This document shows, one piece after another, positions 1-11,739 of a DNA stretch of 27,724 nucleotides (the stretch's first letter is position 1; the number at the start of each line of letters is the position of its first letter). Both the position numbers and the translations under genes were made by a program. Source of the stretch: Stellaceae bacterium (GTDB lineage: Bacteria > Pseudomonadota > Alphaproteobacteria > ATCC43930 > CGMCC-115725); contig DATAQP010000172.1 in the NCBI GenBank assembly GCA_036264595.1, positions 1 to 27,724 of the forward strand. The letters run 5' to 3'. The notes under the pieces were generated by a model. That model ran no database searches. It was not told the origin of the DNA and saw only the letters and a list, made by a program, of their open reading frames with translations.

Positions 1-440
1 GGCTCCGGTTTCAGCTCGGGCGGCTTCGGCGCGGGCTCCGGCAGCGGCGGAGGCGGAGGCGGCGGCACCGGCTTCGGCGGCTCGGGCTTCGGCGGCTCGG
101 GCGGCAGCGGCTTCGGCTCGGGTGGCGGAGGTGGCGGCGGCGGTGGTGGCGGTGCCGGCTTGGGCGGCTCTTGTTTCGGCGGCTCGGACTTGGGCGGCTC
201 GGGCGTCGCCTCGACGACCTGCGGCTCGGGCTTGGCCTCCGGCTTGGGTGGAGTCTTGGTCACCTGCGTCGCGCGCGTCTCGGGCGCCAGCGTCACCAGC
301 TGCACCGCGATCGGCATGTCCTCGAGCGGCTTCGGCTTGAAGAGCTGCGGCACGCCAACGAAGACGAGCACAATCACGACGGCATGGAAGATCGCCGAAA
401 AGATCAGACTGCCGCGATTAAACTCGTACACGGACGTCAC
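1..440 (-). CDS. tolA: TolA-like Pro-rich energy transducer, N-terminal part (runs off the left edge)
   Basis: Not in the ORF track (no stop in window). Read by hand from GTG at 440 (GGAG about 8 nt upstream): MTSVYEFNRGSLIFSAIFHAVVIVLVFVGVPQLFKPKPLEDMPIAVQLVTLAPETRATQVTKTPPKPEAKPEP... The single TM helix has the S-xxx-H motif of TolA/TonB anchors and is followed by PKPEPP repeats. Directly downstream of tolR. Confidence 0.85.
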   Translation of the reverse strand, partial: MTSVYEFNRGSLIFSAIFHAVVIVLVFVGVPQLFKPKPLEDMPIAVQLVTLAPETRATQVTKTPPKPEAKPEPQVVEATPEPPKSEPPKQEPPKPAPPPPPPPPPPPEPKPLPPEPPKPEPPKPVPPPPPPPLPEPAPKPPELKPE

Positions 441-496
441 CCGATCAACTCCGCAATCCGATCTTGTGACGGTAACGCTGACTGCTCATCGACCCT

Positions 497-976
497 TCAC
501 CGCGAACTGGTCTTCTGCGGCGGGCGGGCGCCCGGCGTCTCGGCGACCAGGGAGACCTTGGTGAAGCCGGCCGCGCTGATCATGCTCATCACCTCGAGCA
601 CGCGCCCGTAGTTGATCGCCCGGTCACCGCGCACATAGATGCTGGCCTCCGGGTTGTTGTGGGTGATGGCCTGGAGTCGCGGCACCAAGGTGTCGTCGTT
701 ATCAAGAACGGTCTCCTGCAGGAAGATCTTGCCCTCGGCATTGACGGTGACGACGAGCGGCTCCTTGTTCTCGTTGATCGCCGGTGCCTGCGCCTTGGGC
801 AGATCGACCGGCACGCCGACGGTGAGCAGCGGCGCCGCCACCATGAAGACGATGAGCAGCACCAGCATGACGTCGACCATCGGCGTCACGTTTATCTCGC
901 TCATCGGCCGATAGGTCGAGCTGCGCCGTTGGCCCTTGCCGCGACGGCCGCCGCCATTGATCACGCCGGCTGCCAT
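497..976 (-). CDS. tolR: TolR (ExbD/TolR family)
   Basis: SEINVTPMVDVMLVLLIVFMVAAPLLTVGVPVDLP signature with the conserved TM Asp; C-terminal RGDRAINYGRVLEVM; lies between tolQ and tolA. Confidence 0.95.
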   Translation of the reverse strand: MAAGVINGGGRRGKGQRRSSTYRPMSEINVTPMVDVMLVLLIVFMVAAPLLTVGVPVDLPKAQAPAINENKEPLVVTVNAEGKIFLQETVLDNDDTLVPRLQAITHNNPEASIYVRGDRAINYGRVLEVMSMISAAGFTKVSLVAETPGARPPQKTSSR

Positions 977-979
977 GGC

Positions 980-1708
980 TCAGGCCTTTTCATCGAGCTG
1001 GCGCGAGAGGATCGCGCTGAACTCGCTGGAGAACGCCTCGAGCCGACCGGCATAGCGGCCGAAATCGGTCGAAAGCTTGTTGTAGGCGATGACTGCCGGG
1101 ATGGCGGCGACGAGGCCGAGCAAGGTCGAGAACAACGCCTCGGCGATACCCGGTGCGACGACGGCGAGGCTGGTATTCTTCGAGGCGGCGATCGACTGGA
1201 AGCTGTTCATGATGCCCCAGACCGTTCCAAACAGCCCGACGAACACCGCCGTCGAGCCGACCGTGGCGAGATAGGACATGAAGCGCTCGAGCCGCTCCAT
1301 CTCGCGGCCGATCGTGACCTCCATCACCCGCTCGATGCGGTCTTGCAGGCTGGCGCGCAATTTGTCCGAGGCGGTCAGCCCCTTGGCGGCGCTGCGCCGC
1401 CACTCGCGCATCGCCGCGGCGAAGATGGCCGAGAGCGGATCGAGCGGCCGGTTGCCGATGCGGTCGTAGAGGTCGTCGAGCGAGCCGCCCGACCAGAAGC
1501 TCTCCTCGAAGGCAGTCGCGTCGCGGCGCAGGCGGCGCAGCCGCATCAGCTTGTCGAAGATGACCGCCCATGACCAGAACGAGGCGAACAGCAGCAGCAG
1601 CATCACCACCTTGACGATGATGTCCGCCTGCAGGAACAGGCCAAGGATCGAGAGGTCGTGCGGTACGGCACCGCCAAGGGCGGTGGTGTCGATGGGATTA
1701 CCTTGCAT
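980..1708 (-). CDS. tolQ: TolQ (MotA/TolQ/ExbB proton channel)
   Basis: LATVGSTAVFVGLFGTVWGIMNSF and VVAPGIAEALFSTLLGLVAAIPAVIAYN motifs. ATG 1708 preferred over TTG 1717. Confidence 0.95.
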   Translation of the reverse strand: MQGNPIDTTALGGAVPHDLSILGLFLQADIIVKVVMLLLLFASFWSWAVIFDKLMRLRRLRRDATAFEESFWSGGSLDDLYDRIGNRPLDPLSAIFAAAMREWRRSAAKGLTASDKLRASLQDRIERVMEVTIGREMERLERFMSYLATVGSTAVFVGLFGTVWGIMNSFQSIAASKNTSLAVVAPGIAEALFSTLLGLVAAIPAVIAYNKLSTDFGRYAGRLEAFSSEFSAILSRQLDEKA

Positions 1709-2204
1709 GGCGGTCAATCATCCTGGTGGTTTGGCCGTCGGTGGCGGGGCGGGAAGCGGAGTGGTGACGAAGGCGGGCGAGCGCGGCGCGCAGCGCCGGC
1801 GGCAGGCGCGAGGGCTTGCCGTCCGGACCGAGACAAGCGAGGCGTAGGGCGAGACGGACGAGCGTGCGCTCGCCGCAGCGAATTTGCTGCGCAACCTCGA
1901 GCGAGGCGCCACCCACGGCGGTAAGACGCGTCTCGACGACCAGCTCGTCGTCGAGCCGCGCCGGCGCCAGATAGTCGGCGCTGCAATGCCGGACGGCGAA
2001 GACGCGGCCGGTGGTCCGCCGTAACGCCTCCTGCTCGAAGCCAAGATCACGCAGCATCTCCGTGCGCGCTCGCTCGGCGAATTTCAGATAATTGGCGTAG
2101 TAGACGATGCCCGCCGCATCGGTGTCCTCGTAATAGACGCGCAGGCCGAAGCGATGCGCGCCGTCGTGCTCGGGACCGGCGGTGGAGAGCGCGAGCGCCG
2201 TCAT
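1698..2204 (-). CDS. ybgC: Tol-Pal-associated acyl-CoA thioesterase YbgC
   Basis: [28 protein letters not shown] hotdog-fold motif; canonical position between ruvB and tolQ. Confidence 0.92.
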   Translation of the reverse strand: MTALALSTAGPEHDGAHRFGLRVYYEDTDAAGIVYYANYLKFAERARTEMLRDLGFEQEALRRTTGRVFAVRHCSADYLAPARLDDELVVETRLTAVGGASLEVAQQIRCGERTLVRLALRLACLGPDGKPSRLPPALRAALARLRHHSASRPATDGQTTRMIDRHAR

Positions 2205-3298
2205 GACACCGTCTCGTCAAGCGGCGCGTCGGGATCGCGCACGGCGAGGAGATCGAGCTGCGCCATCCTCGCCGCCGCGATCGGCAGGCCGAGATAGGCA
2301 TACGCATGATGGGTGAGCATGCGGCCGCGCGGCGTGCGCTGCAGCAGCCCCTGCTGGATGAGATAGGGCTCGATGACCTCCTCGATGACGTCGCGCTGGT
2401 CGGCGAGCGCCGCGGCGATGGTCTCGGCGCCGACGGGGCCTCCGCTGTAATTCTCGGCGATGCAGCGCAGATAGCGGCGATCCATCGCATCGAGTCCCGC
2501 GGCATCGACCTCGAGGCGGTTGAGCGCGGCATCGGCCGCACGCGCATCGACGCGCGAGAGACCGTCGACGGCGGCAAAATCGCGCACCCGACGCAGAAGC
2601 CGCGTGGCGACGCGCGGCGTGCCGCGCGAGCGGCGGGCGATCTCCATCGCGCCGTCCTCGGTCAGCGCCATGCCGAGCACGCGGGCGCCGCGGCTGACGA
2701 TACGCTCGAGCTCGTCCGGCTCGTAGAAGACGAGGCGGAGCGGGATGCCGAAGCGCTCGCGCAGCGGCCGGGTGATGAGGCCGGAGCGCGTCGTCGCCCC
2801 GACCAGGGTGAAGGGCGGCAAATCGATGCGCACCGAGCGCGCCGCGGGCCCCTCGCCGATGATGAGGTCGAGCTGGAAATCCTCCATCGCCGGGTAGAGG
2901 ATCTCCTCCACCGCCGGCATCAGGCGATGGATCTCGTCGACGAAGAGGACGTCGCGCGGCTGCAGATTGGTGAGCAGGGCGGCGAGATCGCCGGCACGCT
3001 GGATGACCGGTCCCGAAGTCAGGCGGTAGCCGACGCCCATCTCGCGGGCGACGATCTGCGCCAGCGTCGTCTTGCCGAGTCCGGGTGGACCCGACAGCAG
3101 CACGTGGTCGAGCGCCTCGCCGCGCGACCGCGCCGCCGCGATGAAGACGCGCAGATTCTCGCAGACTTGGCGCTGGCCGACGAAATCGTCGAGGGCGAGC
3201 GGCCGCAGCGACACCTCGGCGCTGTCGTCCTCGCCGCGCGCGCCGTCGACGATGCGGGGGTCGACGGGGCGGGGATCGACGGCGCGCGGATCGCTCAT
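2201..3298 (-). CDS. ruvB: Holliday junction branch migration helicase RuvB
   Basis: SLRP..L.DFVGQ, Walker [10 protein letters not shown], Walker [21 protein letters not shown] and SRGTPR motifs. Confidence 0.98.
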   Translation of the reverse strand: MSDPRAVDPRPVDPRIVDGARGEDDSAEVSLRPLALDDFVGQRQVCENLRVFIAAARSRGEALDHVLLSGPPGLGKTTLAQIVAREMGVGYRLTSGPVIQRAGDLAALLTNLQPRDVLFVDEIHRLMPAVEEILYPAMEDFQLDLIIGEGPAARSVRIDLPPFTLVGATTRSGLITRPLRERFGIPLRLVFYEPDELERIVSRGARVLGMALTEDGAMEIARRSRGTPRVATRLLRRVRDFAAVDGLSRVDARAADAALNRLEVDAAGLDAMDRRYLRCIAENYSGGPVGAETIAAALADQRDVIEEVIEPYLIQQGLLQRTPRGRMLTHHAYAYLGLPIAAARMAQLDLLAVRDPDAPLDETVS

Positions 3299-3897
3299 GG
3301 CGCCAGCTCCTTGAGGCCGCCGCGGATCAGCGCATCGAGCTTCGCATCGCTGCCGATCTTGCGCGACGCGCGGGAGATGGCGCCGAAGGCGTCGACCCGG
3401 CGATATCCGAGATTGACCAGCGCCGAGACGGCATCAGCGGCGACACCATCGAGAATCGGCGTCGCCCCCTCGATCAGCGTCGCCGCGAGCGACAGGCCGC
3501 CGACCTTGTCGCGCAGCTCGACGACGATGCGGGTCGCCAGTTTCGGGCCGACGCCGTCGGCCCGGGTAAGCGCCGCGCGATCCTGCGCGGCGATCGCCGC
3601 GACCAGGTCGTCGGGCGATACGGCGCCGAGAATGGCGAGCGCCACCTTGGCGCCGACGCCCTGCACAGTGGTCAGCAGGCGATAGGCGCTCCGCTCGGCC
3701 TCGTCGATGAAGCCGTAGAGATGGATATGATCCTCGCGGACATGCGTCTCGATGACCAGCCGCACCGCCTCGCCCTTGCCGGGCAGCTGGCGCAGCGTTC
3801 GCGCCGAGCAGAAGACCAGGTAGCCGACACCGCCAACATCGACGACGACGCCATCGGAGCCGGCGCTGTCGAGGACCCCGGACAGCTTGGCGATCAT
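3295..3897 (-). CDS. ruvA: Holliday junction binding protein RuvA
   Basis: MIAKLSG start (ATG 3897, ATGA overlap with the ruvC stop), [12 protein letters not shown], HhH motifs [10 protein letters not shown] and [16 protein letters not shown]-terminal [11 protein letters not shown]. Confidence 0.96.
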   Translation of the reverse strand: MIAKLSGVLDSAGSDGVVVDVGGVGYLVFCSARTLRQLPGKGEAVRLVIETHVREDHIHLYGFIDEAERSAYRLLTTVQGVGAKVALAILGAVSPDDLVAAIAAQDRAALTRADGVGPKLATRIVVELRDKVGGLSLAATLIEGATPILDGVAADAVSALVNLGYRRVDAFGAISRASRKIGSDAKLDALIRGGLKELAP

Positions 3898-4409
3898 GGC
3901 GCCGCTCCGACGCGCGCAGAAACCTGGCGCCATGCGTTCAACGTCGCCGCGTGATGCGCATGGCAGATGGCGACGGCGAGGGCGTCGGCGGCGTCGGCGC
4001 TGGCGAGCGCGCAGCCCGGCAGCAGGCGTCGCACCATCATCTGGATCTGAACCTTGTCGGCGTGGCCGGCGCCGACCACCGATTTCTTGATCAGGTTGGT
4101 CGAATATTCGGCGACCGGGATGCCGCGCTCCGCCGGGGCGAGGAGGACGACGCCGCGGGCGACTCCGAGCTTCAGCGTCGAGGACGGGTTCTTGTTGACG
4201 AAGGTCTCCTCGACCGCGGCCTCGTCCGGCCGGTAGCGGTCGAGGATCTCGTTGAGCTGACGGAACAGGGCGACGAGACGCTCGGCGAGCGATTGCTTGC
4301 CGTCGGAATGGACGACGCCGTCGGCGACATGGGTCAGCCGATTGCCCACCACCTCGATGACGCCCCAGCCGGTGTGACGAAGGCCGGGATCGAGTCCGAG
4401 GAGGCGCAT
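3894..4409 (-). CDS. ruvC: Crossover junction endodeoxyribonuclease RuvC
   Basis: [24 protein letters not shown] and [12 protein letters not shown] catalytic motifs. Confidence 0.97.
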   Translation of the reverse strand: MRLLGLDPGLRHTGWGVIEVVGNRLTHVADGVVHSDGKQSLAERLVALFRQLNEILDRYRPDEAAVEETFVNKNPSSTLKLGVARGVVLLAPAERGIPVAEYSTNLIKKSVVGAGHADKVQIQMMVRRLLPGCALASADAADALAVAICHAHHAATLNAWRQVSARVGAAP

Positions 4410-4441
4410 GCGGGGTTTCGCTTGGAAGTGCCGGGCGGCGA

Positions 4442-5191
4442 TCAGGCGCTCAAACGCGCCATGACGTCGTCCGCTACCTCGAAATTGGCGTAGACGTTCT
4501 GCACGTCGTCGCTGTCCTCGAGGGTCTCAAGCAGCTTGAAGAGCGCCTGGGCGGCATCGCCCTCCACGCCGATCGCGGTCTTCGCGCGCCAGACGAGGCG
4601 TGCCGATTCAGGCGGGCCGAAGCGCTTCTCGAGCGCGTCGCGCACCGCGATGAGATCGTCGGGGGCGCAGCTCACGGTATGCTCGGTCGCCGTGCTCTCG
4701 ACATCGTCGGCACCGGCCTCGAGCGCCGCCTCGAACACCGCATCGGCATTGGCCGTCTCGGCGCCGTAGACCACCTCGCCACGGCGATCGAAGAGGAAGC
4801 TGACGCTATTGGTCTCGCCGAGATTGCCGCCCGACTTGGTGAGGGCGGCGCGCACGTCGCTGGCGGTGCGGTTGCGATTGTCGGTCAGCGCCTCGACGAT
4901 GATGGCGACGCCGCCGGGGCCATAGCCTTCGTAGCGAACCTCTTCGTAAGCCTCGCCCTCGGCGCCGCCGGCACCGCGCTTGATGGCGCGGTCGACGGTC
5001 TCCTTCGGCATGTTGGCCTGGCGCGCCGCCAGCACCGCGGCGCGCAGCCGCGGATTGGCGGCCGGATCGGGCAGGCCCGTGCGTGCCGCCGTCGTCAGCT
5101 CACGGATGATCTTGGTAAAGACCTTGGCGCGCTTCTTATCCTGCGCGCCCTTGCGGTGCATGATGTTCTTGAACTGGGAATGACCGGCCAT
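4442..5191 (-). CDS. yebC: YebC/PmpR family protein
   Basis: [30 protein letters not shown] and DDVQNVYAN signatures; usual position upstream of ruvC. Confidence 0.96.
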   Translation of the reverse strand: MAGHSQFKNIMHRKGAQDKKRAKVFTKIIRELTTAARTGLPDPAANPRLRAAVLAARQANMPKETVDRAIKRGAGGAEGEAYEEVRYEGYGPGGVAIIVEALTDNRNRTASDVRAALTKSGGNLGETNSVSFLFDRRGEVVYGAETANADAVFEAALEAGADDVESTATEHTVSCAPDDLIAVRDALEKRFGPPESARLVWRAKTAIGVEGDAAQALFKLLETLEDSDDVQNVYANFEVADDVMARLSA

Positions 5192-5331
5192 GGCAAATAA
5201 AGCCGTTTCTTTTCGAAGGACCTGACACGCCGCGCCTGGTGGATTCGCGGCTATTTTTCCGCAACTTACCTAACAAGCCAATATGGCAGGAATGCGGCAC
5301 CGTCGAGGGAAAAACATGCGCTGCGGGACGA

Positions 5332-6165
5332 TCAGCGGGCGAACTCTTCCGGCCAGTGCGGCGCCAGGCAGCCACCCAGCCGCAGCGGCGCGATGCGGCG
5401 CGCGAGGCCGCTTGCATCGTCGGTTTCGACGACGACGCCGCATAGCGTGCCGGGTCCCTCGGCGACCTGCAGCCGCTCGCCCGGCATCTTGGTAGTGAAA
5501 CGGGCGATCGCCGATTGCTTCTGCATGCCGATAACCGAATCGTAGTCGCCGCACATGCCGGCATCGGTCTGGTAGGCAGTGCCGCCGGGCAGGATATGTC
5601 CATCGGCGGTCGGCACATGGCTGTGCGTGCCGACGACCAGCGAGGCGCGGCCGTCGGCGAAATGGCCCATCGACATCTTCTCCGACGTCGCCTCGCCATG
5701 GAAATCGATGATGACCGCGTTGACGGTCCCGGCGAGGGTGCCGAGCGAATGCGCGGCCAACAGCGCATCGACGGCGGCGAAGGGATCGTCGATCGCATCC
5801 ATGAAGAGGCGCGCCATGACATTGACGACCAACGCGCGCCGACCGTCGGCGAGGGCGACGATGATGCTGCCGCTCCCCGGCGTGCCGGGCGGGAAGTTGG
5901 CCGGGCGCAGGAGGCGGGGATCGCCGGCGATGTACGGGACGATCTCGCGGCGATCCCAGACATGGTTGCCGGTGGTGATGACGTCGACCCCGACGGAATA
6001 GAGCTCGGCGCAAATCTTGTCGGTGATGCCGAAGCCGGCGGCGGCATTCTCGCCGTTGACGACGACGAGATCGAGGCCAAGCTCGCGCCGCAGTCGGGGC
6101 AGATTCTCCGTCACCGCGGCCCGGCCGGAGCGGCCAACGACGTCGCCGCAGAGCAGAATCCTCAC
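5332..6165 (-). CDS. ymdB: TIGR00282/YmdB-family metallophosphoesterase
   Basis: GDVVG, NGENAAAGFG, TTGNH, DFHGEATSEK, GTHSHVPTAD and TDAGMCG motifs. Confidence 0.93.
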   Translation of the reverse strand: MRILLCGDVVGRSGRAAVTENLPRLRRELGLDLVVVNGENAAAGFGITDKICAELYSVGVDVITTGNHVWDRREIVPYIAGDPRLLRPANFPPGTPGSGSIIVALADGRRALVVNVMARLFMDAIDDPFAAVDALLAAHSLGTLAGTVNAVIIDFHGEATSEKMSMGHFADGRASLVVGTHSHVPTADGHILPGGTAYQTDAGMCGDYDSVIGMQKQSAIARFTTKMPGERLQVAEGPGTLCGVVVETDDASGLARRIAPLRLGGCLAPHWPEEFAR

Positions 6166-6208
6166 CGCCGGACCATCGGCTTGAGTGGAAGGCGCAGGCT
6201 GGCTGGAG

Positions 6209-6381
6209 GGAGAATGGATGGAGCCGCTACGGCCGTTGGCATTGCATTACCTCCGTGGCCCGCTTACGCAGGTGGGAACCATATACCGGCACCAAGGCGC
6301 CAGCAGGGACAGTCCCCTAGGAGTGATAATCGGCCCTGGGGTATTTGCGACCTGACGAGACGAGCAGCCCCATCCATCTCC
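6209..6381 (-). ncRNA. ssrS: 6S RNA
   Basis: About 173 nt directly 3' of zapA. The 5' end GGAGAUGGAUGGGGCUGCU pairs with the 3' end AGCGGCUCCAUCCAUUCUCC to close a long rod. Internal GGGACUGUCCCUG and AUAUGGUUCCCACCU segments resemble alphaproteobacterial 6S RNAs as I recall them, and zapA-ssrS is the known synteny. Ends are approximate. Confidence 0.9.
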
Positions 6382-6735
6382 TTATGTGGTGCTTTCGAGG
6401 CGGAGCGCAACCGCTTCGATCCGCGCCGCCAAGCTCTCGATGCCGGCGGCGAGCACCGATTCGGTGGCCGCCACGCGATCAAGCTCGACTGTGGCGCCGT
6501 TGCCGCCGCGATTGCGCTCGCGGCGCAAACTCTCGGTCGCCTCGGCCAATTCGTCGGTGATGACGAGGCCGGCCATCAAGATGAGGCGGGCATCGCCGAT
6601 CTGTCCCCAGCTCTTGGCGAACTCGGTGACCTTGCTGTCGATATACTGGCCGAGTTGACGGATGCGGTCTTCCTGGCCGTCATCGCAGGCGACCTGATAG
6701 CTCCGGCCGTTGATGGTCAGCGCGACTTGCGGCAT
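6382..6735 (-). CDS. zapA: Cell division protein ZapA
   Basis: MPQVALTINGRSYQVACDDGQEDRIRQL and RLILMAGLVITDEL motifs, then a C-terminal coiled coil. Confidence 0.95.
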   Translation of the reverse strand: MPQVALTINGRSYQVACDDGQEDRIRQLGQYIDSKVTEFAKSWGQIGDARLILMAGLVITDELAEATESLRRERNRGGNGATVELDRVAATESVLAAGIESLAARIEAVALRLESTT

Positions 6736-6950
6736 TACGTCCTCAACACGGCATTAAGCCGCTCGATCGTCGCATCGAGCCGCGAGGCAACGTGGGAGGT
6801 GGTCTGCTCGAGCGCGGAATATTGGGCCTTGGCCTCGCTGAGGGCAGCCGCCAGCATCTGGCTTTCGCTGCCGCCGGCCTGGCGGGCGGCGCGCTCGAGG
6901 TGCGCCACGGCGAGTTCCAGGCGCTGTGCCGCCGTCTCGAGCTTGCTCAT
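6735..6950 (-). CDS. Small coiled-coil protein upstream of zapA (DUF4164 / ZauP-like)
   Basis: 71 aa from ATG 6950 (MSKLETAAQRLELAVAHLE...SRLDATIERLNAVL), heptad pattern, TAATG coupling to zapA. Position matches the Caulobacter zauP-zapA pair. Confidence 0.8.
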   Translation of the reverse strand: MSKLETAAQRLELAVAHLERAARQAGGSESQMLAAALSEAKAQYSALEQTTSHVASRLDATIERLNAVLRT

Positions 6951-7176
6951 TGTCTTGCCGCTCGTCACAGCGGCACCATAGCCGATGCGTGCATCATCAC
7001 GGAACCTTACGCGCGGCGCGAACGACCCGTCAACGCGGCTCTCGTCGCTGTCCAAGGCTTGCCACGGAGTTGCCGGTTGACGAGGGCCCGGCGGGGCGGC
7101 AAGGTGCGACCCGCCGCAACGCCCGATTGCACGGATCCGGGCATTATCGAGCGCTCACAACTCCCGGCACCTGCAA

Positions 7177-9222
7177 ATGACCGCTTCCCCATCGTCGACA
7201 GCCGCCAGCATCGCCGCCCCCTTGCCCGTGCCACGGGACCGCAATCTCTTCAACTTGGCGAACGCGTTGCGCGCGCTCGCGATGGATGCCGTCGAGCAGG
7301 CCAAGTCGGGACATCCCGGCATGCCAATGGGCATGGCGGACGTGGCGACCGTGCTGTTTCGCGACTTCCTCAAATTCGACGCCGCCGATCCCGACTGGCC
7401 CGACCGCGACCGCTTCGTGCTTTCCGCCGGGCACGGCTCGATGCTGCTTTACGGGCTGCTCCATCTCTCCGGCTACGCGGATATGACGCTCGACGAGCTG
7501 AAGCGTTTCCGCCAGCTCGGCAGCCGCACCGCCGGGCATCCGGAATACGGCCACGCCAAGGGCATCGAGACGACGACCGGCCCGCTCGGCCAGGGCATCG
7601 GCAATGGCGTCGGCATGGCGCTCGCCGAGCGGATCCTCGCCGCCCAATTCGGCGCCGATCTGGTCGATCACCGCACTTATGTGATCTGCGGCGACGGCTG
7701 CCTGATGGAAGGCATCAGCCACGAGGCGATCTCGCTCGCCGGCCATCTGCGGCTCGCCAAGCTGACCCTCCTGTGGGACGACAATTCGATCTCGATCGAC
7801 GGCTCGACGGCCCTCGCCGTCTCCGATGATCAGCTCGCCCGCTTCAGGGCAAGTGGCTGGGCCGCCGAGCGCGTCGACGGCCACGATACCGACGCCATCG
7901 CGGCGGCGCTGGCGCGCGCCCAGCAGAGCGATCGGCCGTCGCTCATCGCCTGCCGCACCACGATCGCCTTCGGCGCCCCGTCCAAGGCCGGTACCGCCGC
8001 GGCGCATGGCGCGCCGCTCGGCGCGACCGAGATCGCCGGCGCGCGCGAGCGGCTGGGTTGGCCCTATCCGCCTTTCGTCGTGCCCGACGAGATCCGCGTG
8101 TCATGGCGCGCGGTCGGGCGGCGCGGCGCCGCCGTGGCGGCGGCGTGGCGTCAACGCCTGGAAGCTACCCCAGGCGAGACGCACGCCGAATTCCTGCGCC
8201 GCCAGAGCGGCACGCTGCCGAAAGGGCTCGCCGCCGCGATCGAGCCGGTGCGCGAGAAATTTGCCGCCGAGACGCCCAAGCTGGCGACGCGGCAATGCTC
8301 GAATCTAGTCATCGAGGCGCTCGCTGCGGCGATGCCGGAGTTGGTCGGCGGCTCAGCCGATCTCACCGGCTCCAACCTGACCAAGGCAAAATTACAGAAA
8401 CCCATGACGGTCAAGGATTTCGCCGGCAATTACATCTATTACGGCGTGCGCGAGCACGGCATGGCGGCGGCGATGAACGGCCTCGCCCTGCATGGCGGCA
8501 TTGTCCCCTATGGCGGCACCTTCCTGATCTTCACCGATTACTGCCGGCCGGCGATCCGCCTCTCGGCATTGATGCGGCAGCGCGTCATCTATGTCATGAC
8601 GCACGATTCGATCGGCCTCGGCGAGGACGGCCCGACGCACCAGCCGGTCGAGCAGCTCGCCGCCTTGCGGGCAATCCCCAACCTCCTGGTCTTCCGCCCG
8701 GCCGATGGGGTCGAGACGGCGGAATGCTGGGCGCTCGCCTTGGCCGAGCGCCACGCGCCCTCGGTACTTTCGCTGACCCGCCAGGGCGTGCCGACGCTGC
8801 GGCGCGGCGCTCAGGGCGACAATCGCAGCGCACGCGGCGCCTATATCCTCGCCGACAGCGAGGGCGCGCGCCAGGTCACCCTCCTCGCCACCGGCTCGGA
8901 GGTCCAATTGGCGCTCGCGGCACGCGAGACCCTCAAGACCATGGGCGTTGCCGCCGCCGTGGTCTCGATGCCGTGCTGGGAATTGTTCGACACGCAGGAC
9001 GCTGCCTATCGCACCAGCGTCCTCGGCAGCGCGCCGCGCCTGGCGATCGAGGCCGTCAGCACCTTCGGCTGGTCGAATTATGTCGGCGAGTCCGGCGCCG
9101 TCATCGGCATGCCCGGCTTCGGCGCATCGGCACCGGCGGAGGAGCTTTACGCCCATTTCGGCATCACGGCCGAAAAGCTAGTCGAGGCGGCGCTGGCGCG
9201 GCTGAAGGCCGGCGCGAAATAG
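7177..9222 (+). CDS. tkt: Transketolase
   Basis: [38 protein letters not shown], ThDP motif [17 protein letters not shown] and [16 protein letters not shown]. Confidence 0.99.
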   Translation: MTASPSSTAASIAAPLPVPRDRNLFNLANALRALAMDAVEQAKSGHPGMPMGMADVATVLFRDFLKFDAADPDWPDRDRFVLSAGHGSMLLYGLLHLSGYADMTLDELKRFRQLGSRTAGHPEYGHAKGIETTTGPLGQGIGNGVGMALAERILAAQFGADLVDHRTYVICGDGCLMEGISHEAISLAGHLRLAKLTLLWDDNSISIDGSTALAVSDDQLARFRASGWAAERVDGHDTDAIAAALARAQQSDRPSLIACRTTIAFGAPSKAGTAAAHGAPLGATEIAGARERLGWPYPPFVVPDEIRVSWRAVGRRGAAVAAAWRQRLEATPGETHAEFLRRQSGTLPKGLAAAIEPVREKFAAETPKLATRQCSNLVIEALAAAMPELVGGSADLTGSNLTKAKLQKPMTVKDFAGNYIYYGVREHGMAAAMNGLALHGGIVPYGGTFLIFTDYCRPAIRLSALMRQRVIYVMTHDSIGLGEDGPTHQPVEQLAALRAIPNLLVFRPADGVETAECWALALAERHAPSVLSLTRQGVPTLRRGAQGDNRSARGAYILADSEGARQVTLLATGSEVQLALAARETLKTMGVAAAVVSMPCWELFDTQDAAYRTSVLGSAPRLAIEAVSTFGWSNYVGESGAVIGMPGFGASAPAEELYAHFGITAEKLVEAALARLKAGAK

Positions 9223-9256
9223 AGATCTGGACTGCAATTCACGACGGAGGATGAAG

Positions 9257-10263
<1,007 letters not shown>

Positions 10264-10267
<4 letters not shown>

Positions 10268-10788
10268 GCACCGCAGAACGCTTCATCGTCATCCATTCGC
10301 TCGGCGACGCGCGCGCCGCGCTGGAAGCTGCCGCGTCGCTCGGGATCCGCGTGACGCTGGCGAGCGCGCCGGGTGCCGGTGCCTATGCCGGGCCGGGCTG
10401 GTTCAAGGCGGTGGTCGAGACGGCGGCCGCCGAGTTTCCTGCCGCGGAATTCTCCTCCGTGCTCGATTGCGGCGAGGCGGCGGGAATGGTCCTCGCGGCG
10501 CTTCGCCAGGGTCTGCCGCGGGTGCGCTTCAGCGGCCCCGCGGCCACCGCAGAACGGCTCGCCGACATCGCCGAGCAATGCAATGCCACGCTCGAACGCA
10601 CGCCGCTCGTGCCAGCGCTCGACCTCCTCGATCAGCGCGATTCGGCATCGCTCTGCCGCGCCTTTCTGGCGGCGGAACCCGGCCCTCTGCCGAAGCGTTC
10701 CCATTGGTCGGGGTCAGGGCTTTGCCGCCCGCCCGCGCTTCTGATATACCGCCGCCATGACCACTCCAGATCATTGAAGGAAGCCGCC
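10264..10788 (+). CDS. Hypothetical protein resembling the N-terminal part of class II fructose-bisphosphate aldolase; no stop, in frame with fbaB
   Basis: Probable CTG start overlapping the gap stop (CTGA). [61 protein letters not shown] aligns by eye with the class II FBA pattern NxxxEQxxAIxEAAxExxSPVILQASxGAxxYAG...VxxHxDHG. Coding-like to about 10680. Confidence 0.6.
10722..10750 (+). promoter_or_regulatory. Putative sigma70 promoter for fbaB inside the upstream reading frame
   Basis: TTGCCG-N17-TATACC with a TG extended -10, 38 nt upstream of the fbaB ATG and its GAAGGAAG RBS. Confidence 0.5.
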
Positions 10789-11718
10789 ATGAGCCTGAGC
10801 CCCGCCGTCAAGAAGATCCTCGACAATTACGAGAGCGACAATCCCGGCACCAAGGCCAATCTGGCGCGTATCCTGCTGCAAGGCCGTCTCGGCGGCACCG
10901 GCAAGCTCGTCATCCTACCGGTCGATCAGGGTTTCGAGCACGGGCCGGCGCGCAGTTTCGCCCCCAACCCGCCGGCCTACGATCCGCATTATCACTTTCA
11001 GCTGGCGATCGAGGCGGGGCTCTCGGCCTATGCCGCGCCGCTCGGCATGCTGGAAGCCGGCGCCGCTACCTTCGCCGGCCAGATCCCAACCATTCTCAAG
11101 GTCAACAGCGCCAACAGCCTGGCGCGGGCCAAGGAGAATCCCGCCCAGGCGGTCACCGCCAGCGTGGGCGACGCGCTGCGCCTCGGTTGCTCCGCCATCG
11201 GCTTCACCATCTATCCCGGCTCCGACGTCGCCTACGCGATGATGGAGGAGATCGCCGAGATGGCGAAGGAGGCCAAGGCGCACGGCCTCGCCGTCGTCAT
11301 CTGGTCCTACCCGCGCGGCGGCAATCTGTCCAAGGCCGGCGAGACGGCGATCGACATCTGCGCCTATGCCGCTCATATGGCGGCGCTGCTCGGCGCCCAT
11401 ATCATCAAGGTCAAGCCGCCAACCGACCATCTCGAGCTCGACGCCGCGAAGAAGGTCTACGAGGCGCAGAAGATCGACATCGGCAGCGCCGCCGCGCGCT
11501 ATCGCCATGTCGTGCAATCCTGCTTCAACGGAAGGCGCATCGTCGTCTTCTCGGGCGGCGAGGCGAAGGACGAGGACGGCATCATGAACGAGGTGCGCGC
11601 CATTCGTGACGGCGGCGGCAACGGCTCGATCATCGGCCGCAACACCTTCCAGCGGCCACGCGACAAGGCGCTCAAGATGCTCGACCAGATCATCCGCATC
11701 TATAAGGGCGACGACTAA
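10789..11718 (+). CDS. fbaB: Class I fructose-bisphosphate aldolase (DhnA/FbaB family)
   Basis: GRLGGTGKLVILPVDQGFEHG, WSYPRG, Schiff-base region GAHIIKVK and FSGG match the E. coli FbaB-type family. Own RBS and ATG at 10789. Confidence 0.93.
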   Translation: MSLSPAVKKILDNYESDNPGTKANLARILLQGRLGGTGKLVILPVDQGFEHGPARSFAPNPPAYDPHYHFQLAIEAGLSAYAAPLGMLEAGAATFAGQIPTILKVNSANSLARAKENPAQAVTASVGDALRLGCSAIGFTIYPGSDVAYAMMEEIAEMAKEAKAHGLAVVIWSYPRGGNLSKAGETAIDICAYAAHMAALLGAHIIKVKPPTDHLELDAAKKVYEAQKIDIGSAAARYRHVVQSCFNGRRIVVFSGGEAKDEDGIMNEVRAIRDGGGNGSIIGRNTFQRPRDKALKMLDQIIRIYKGDD

Positions 11719-11739
11719 GACGGATACGGTGTCTCGCGC

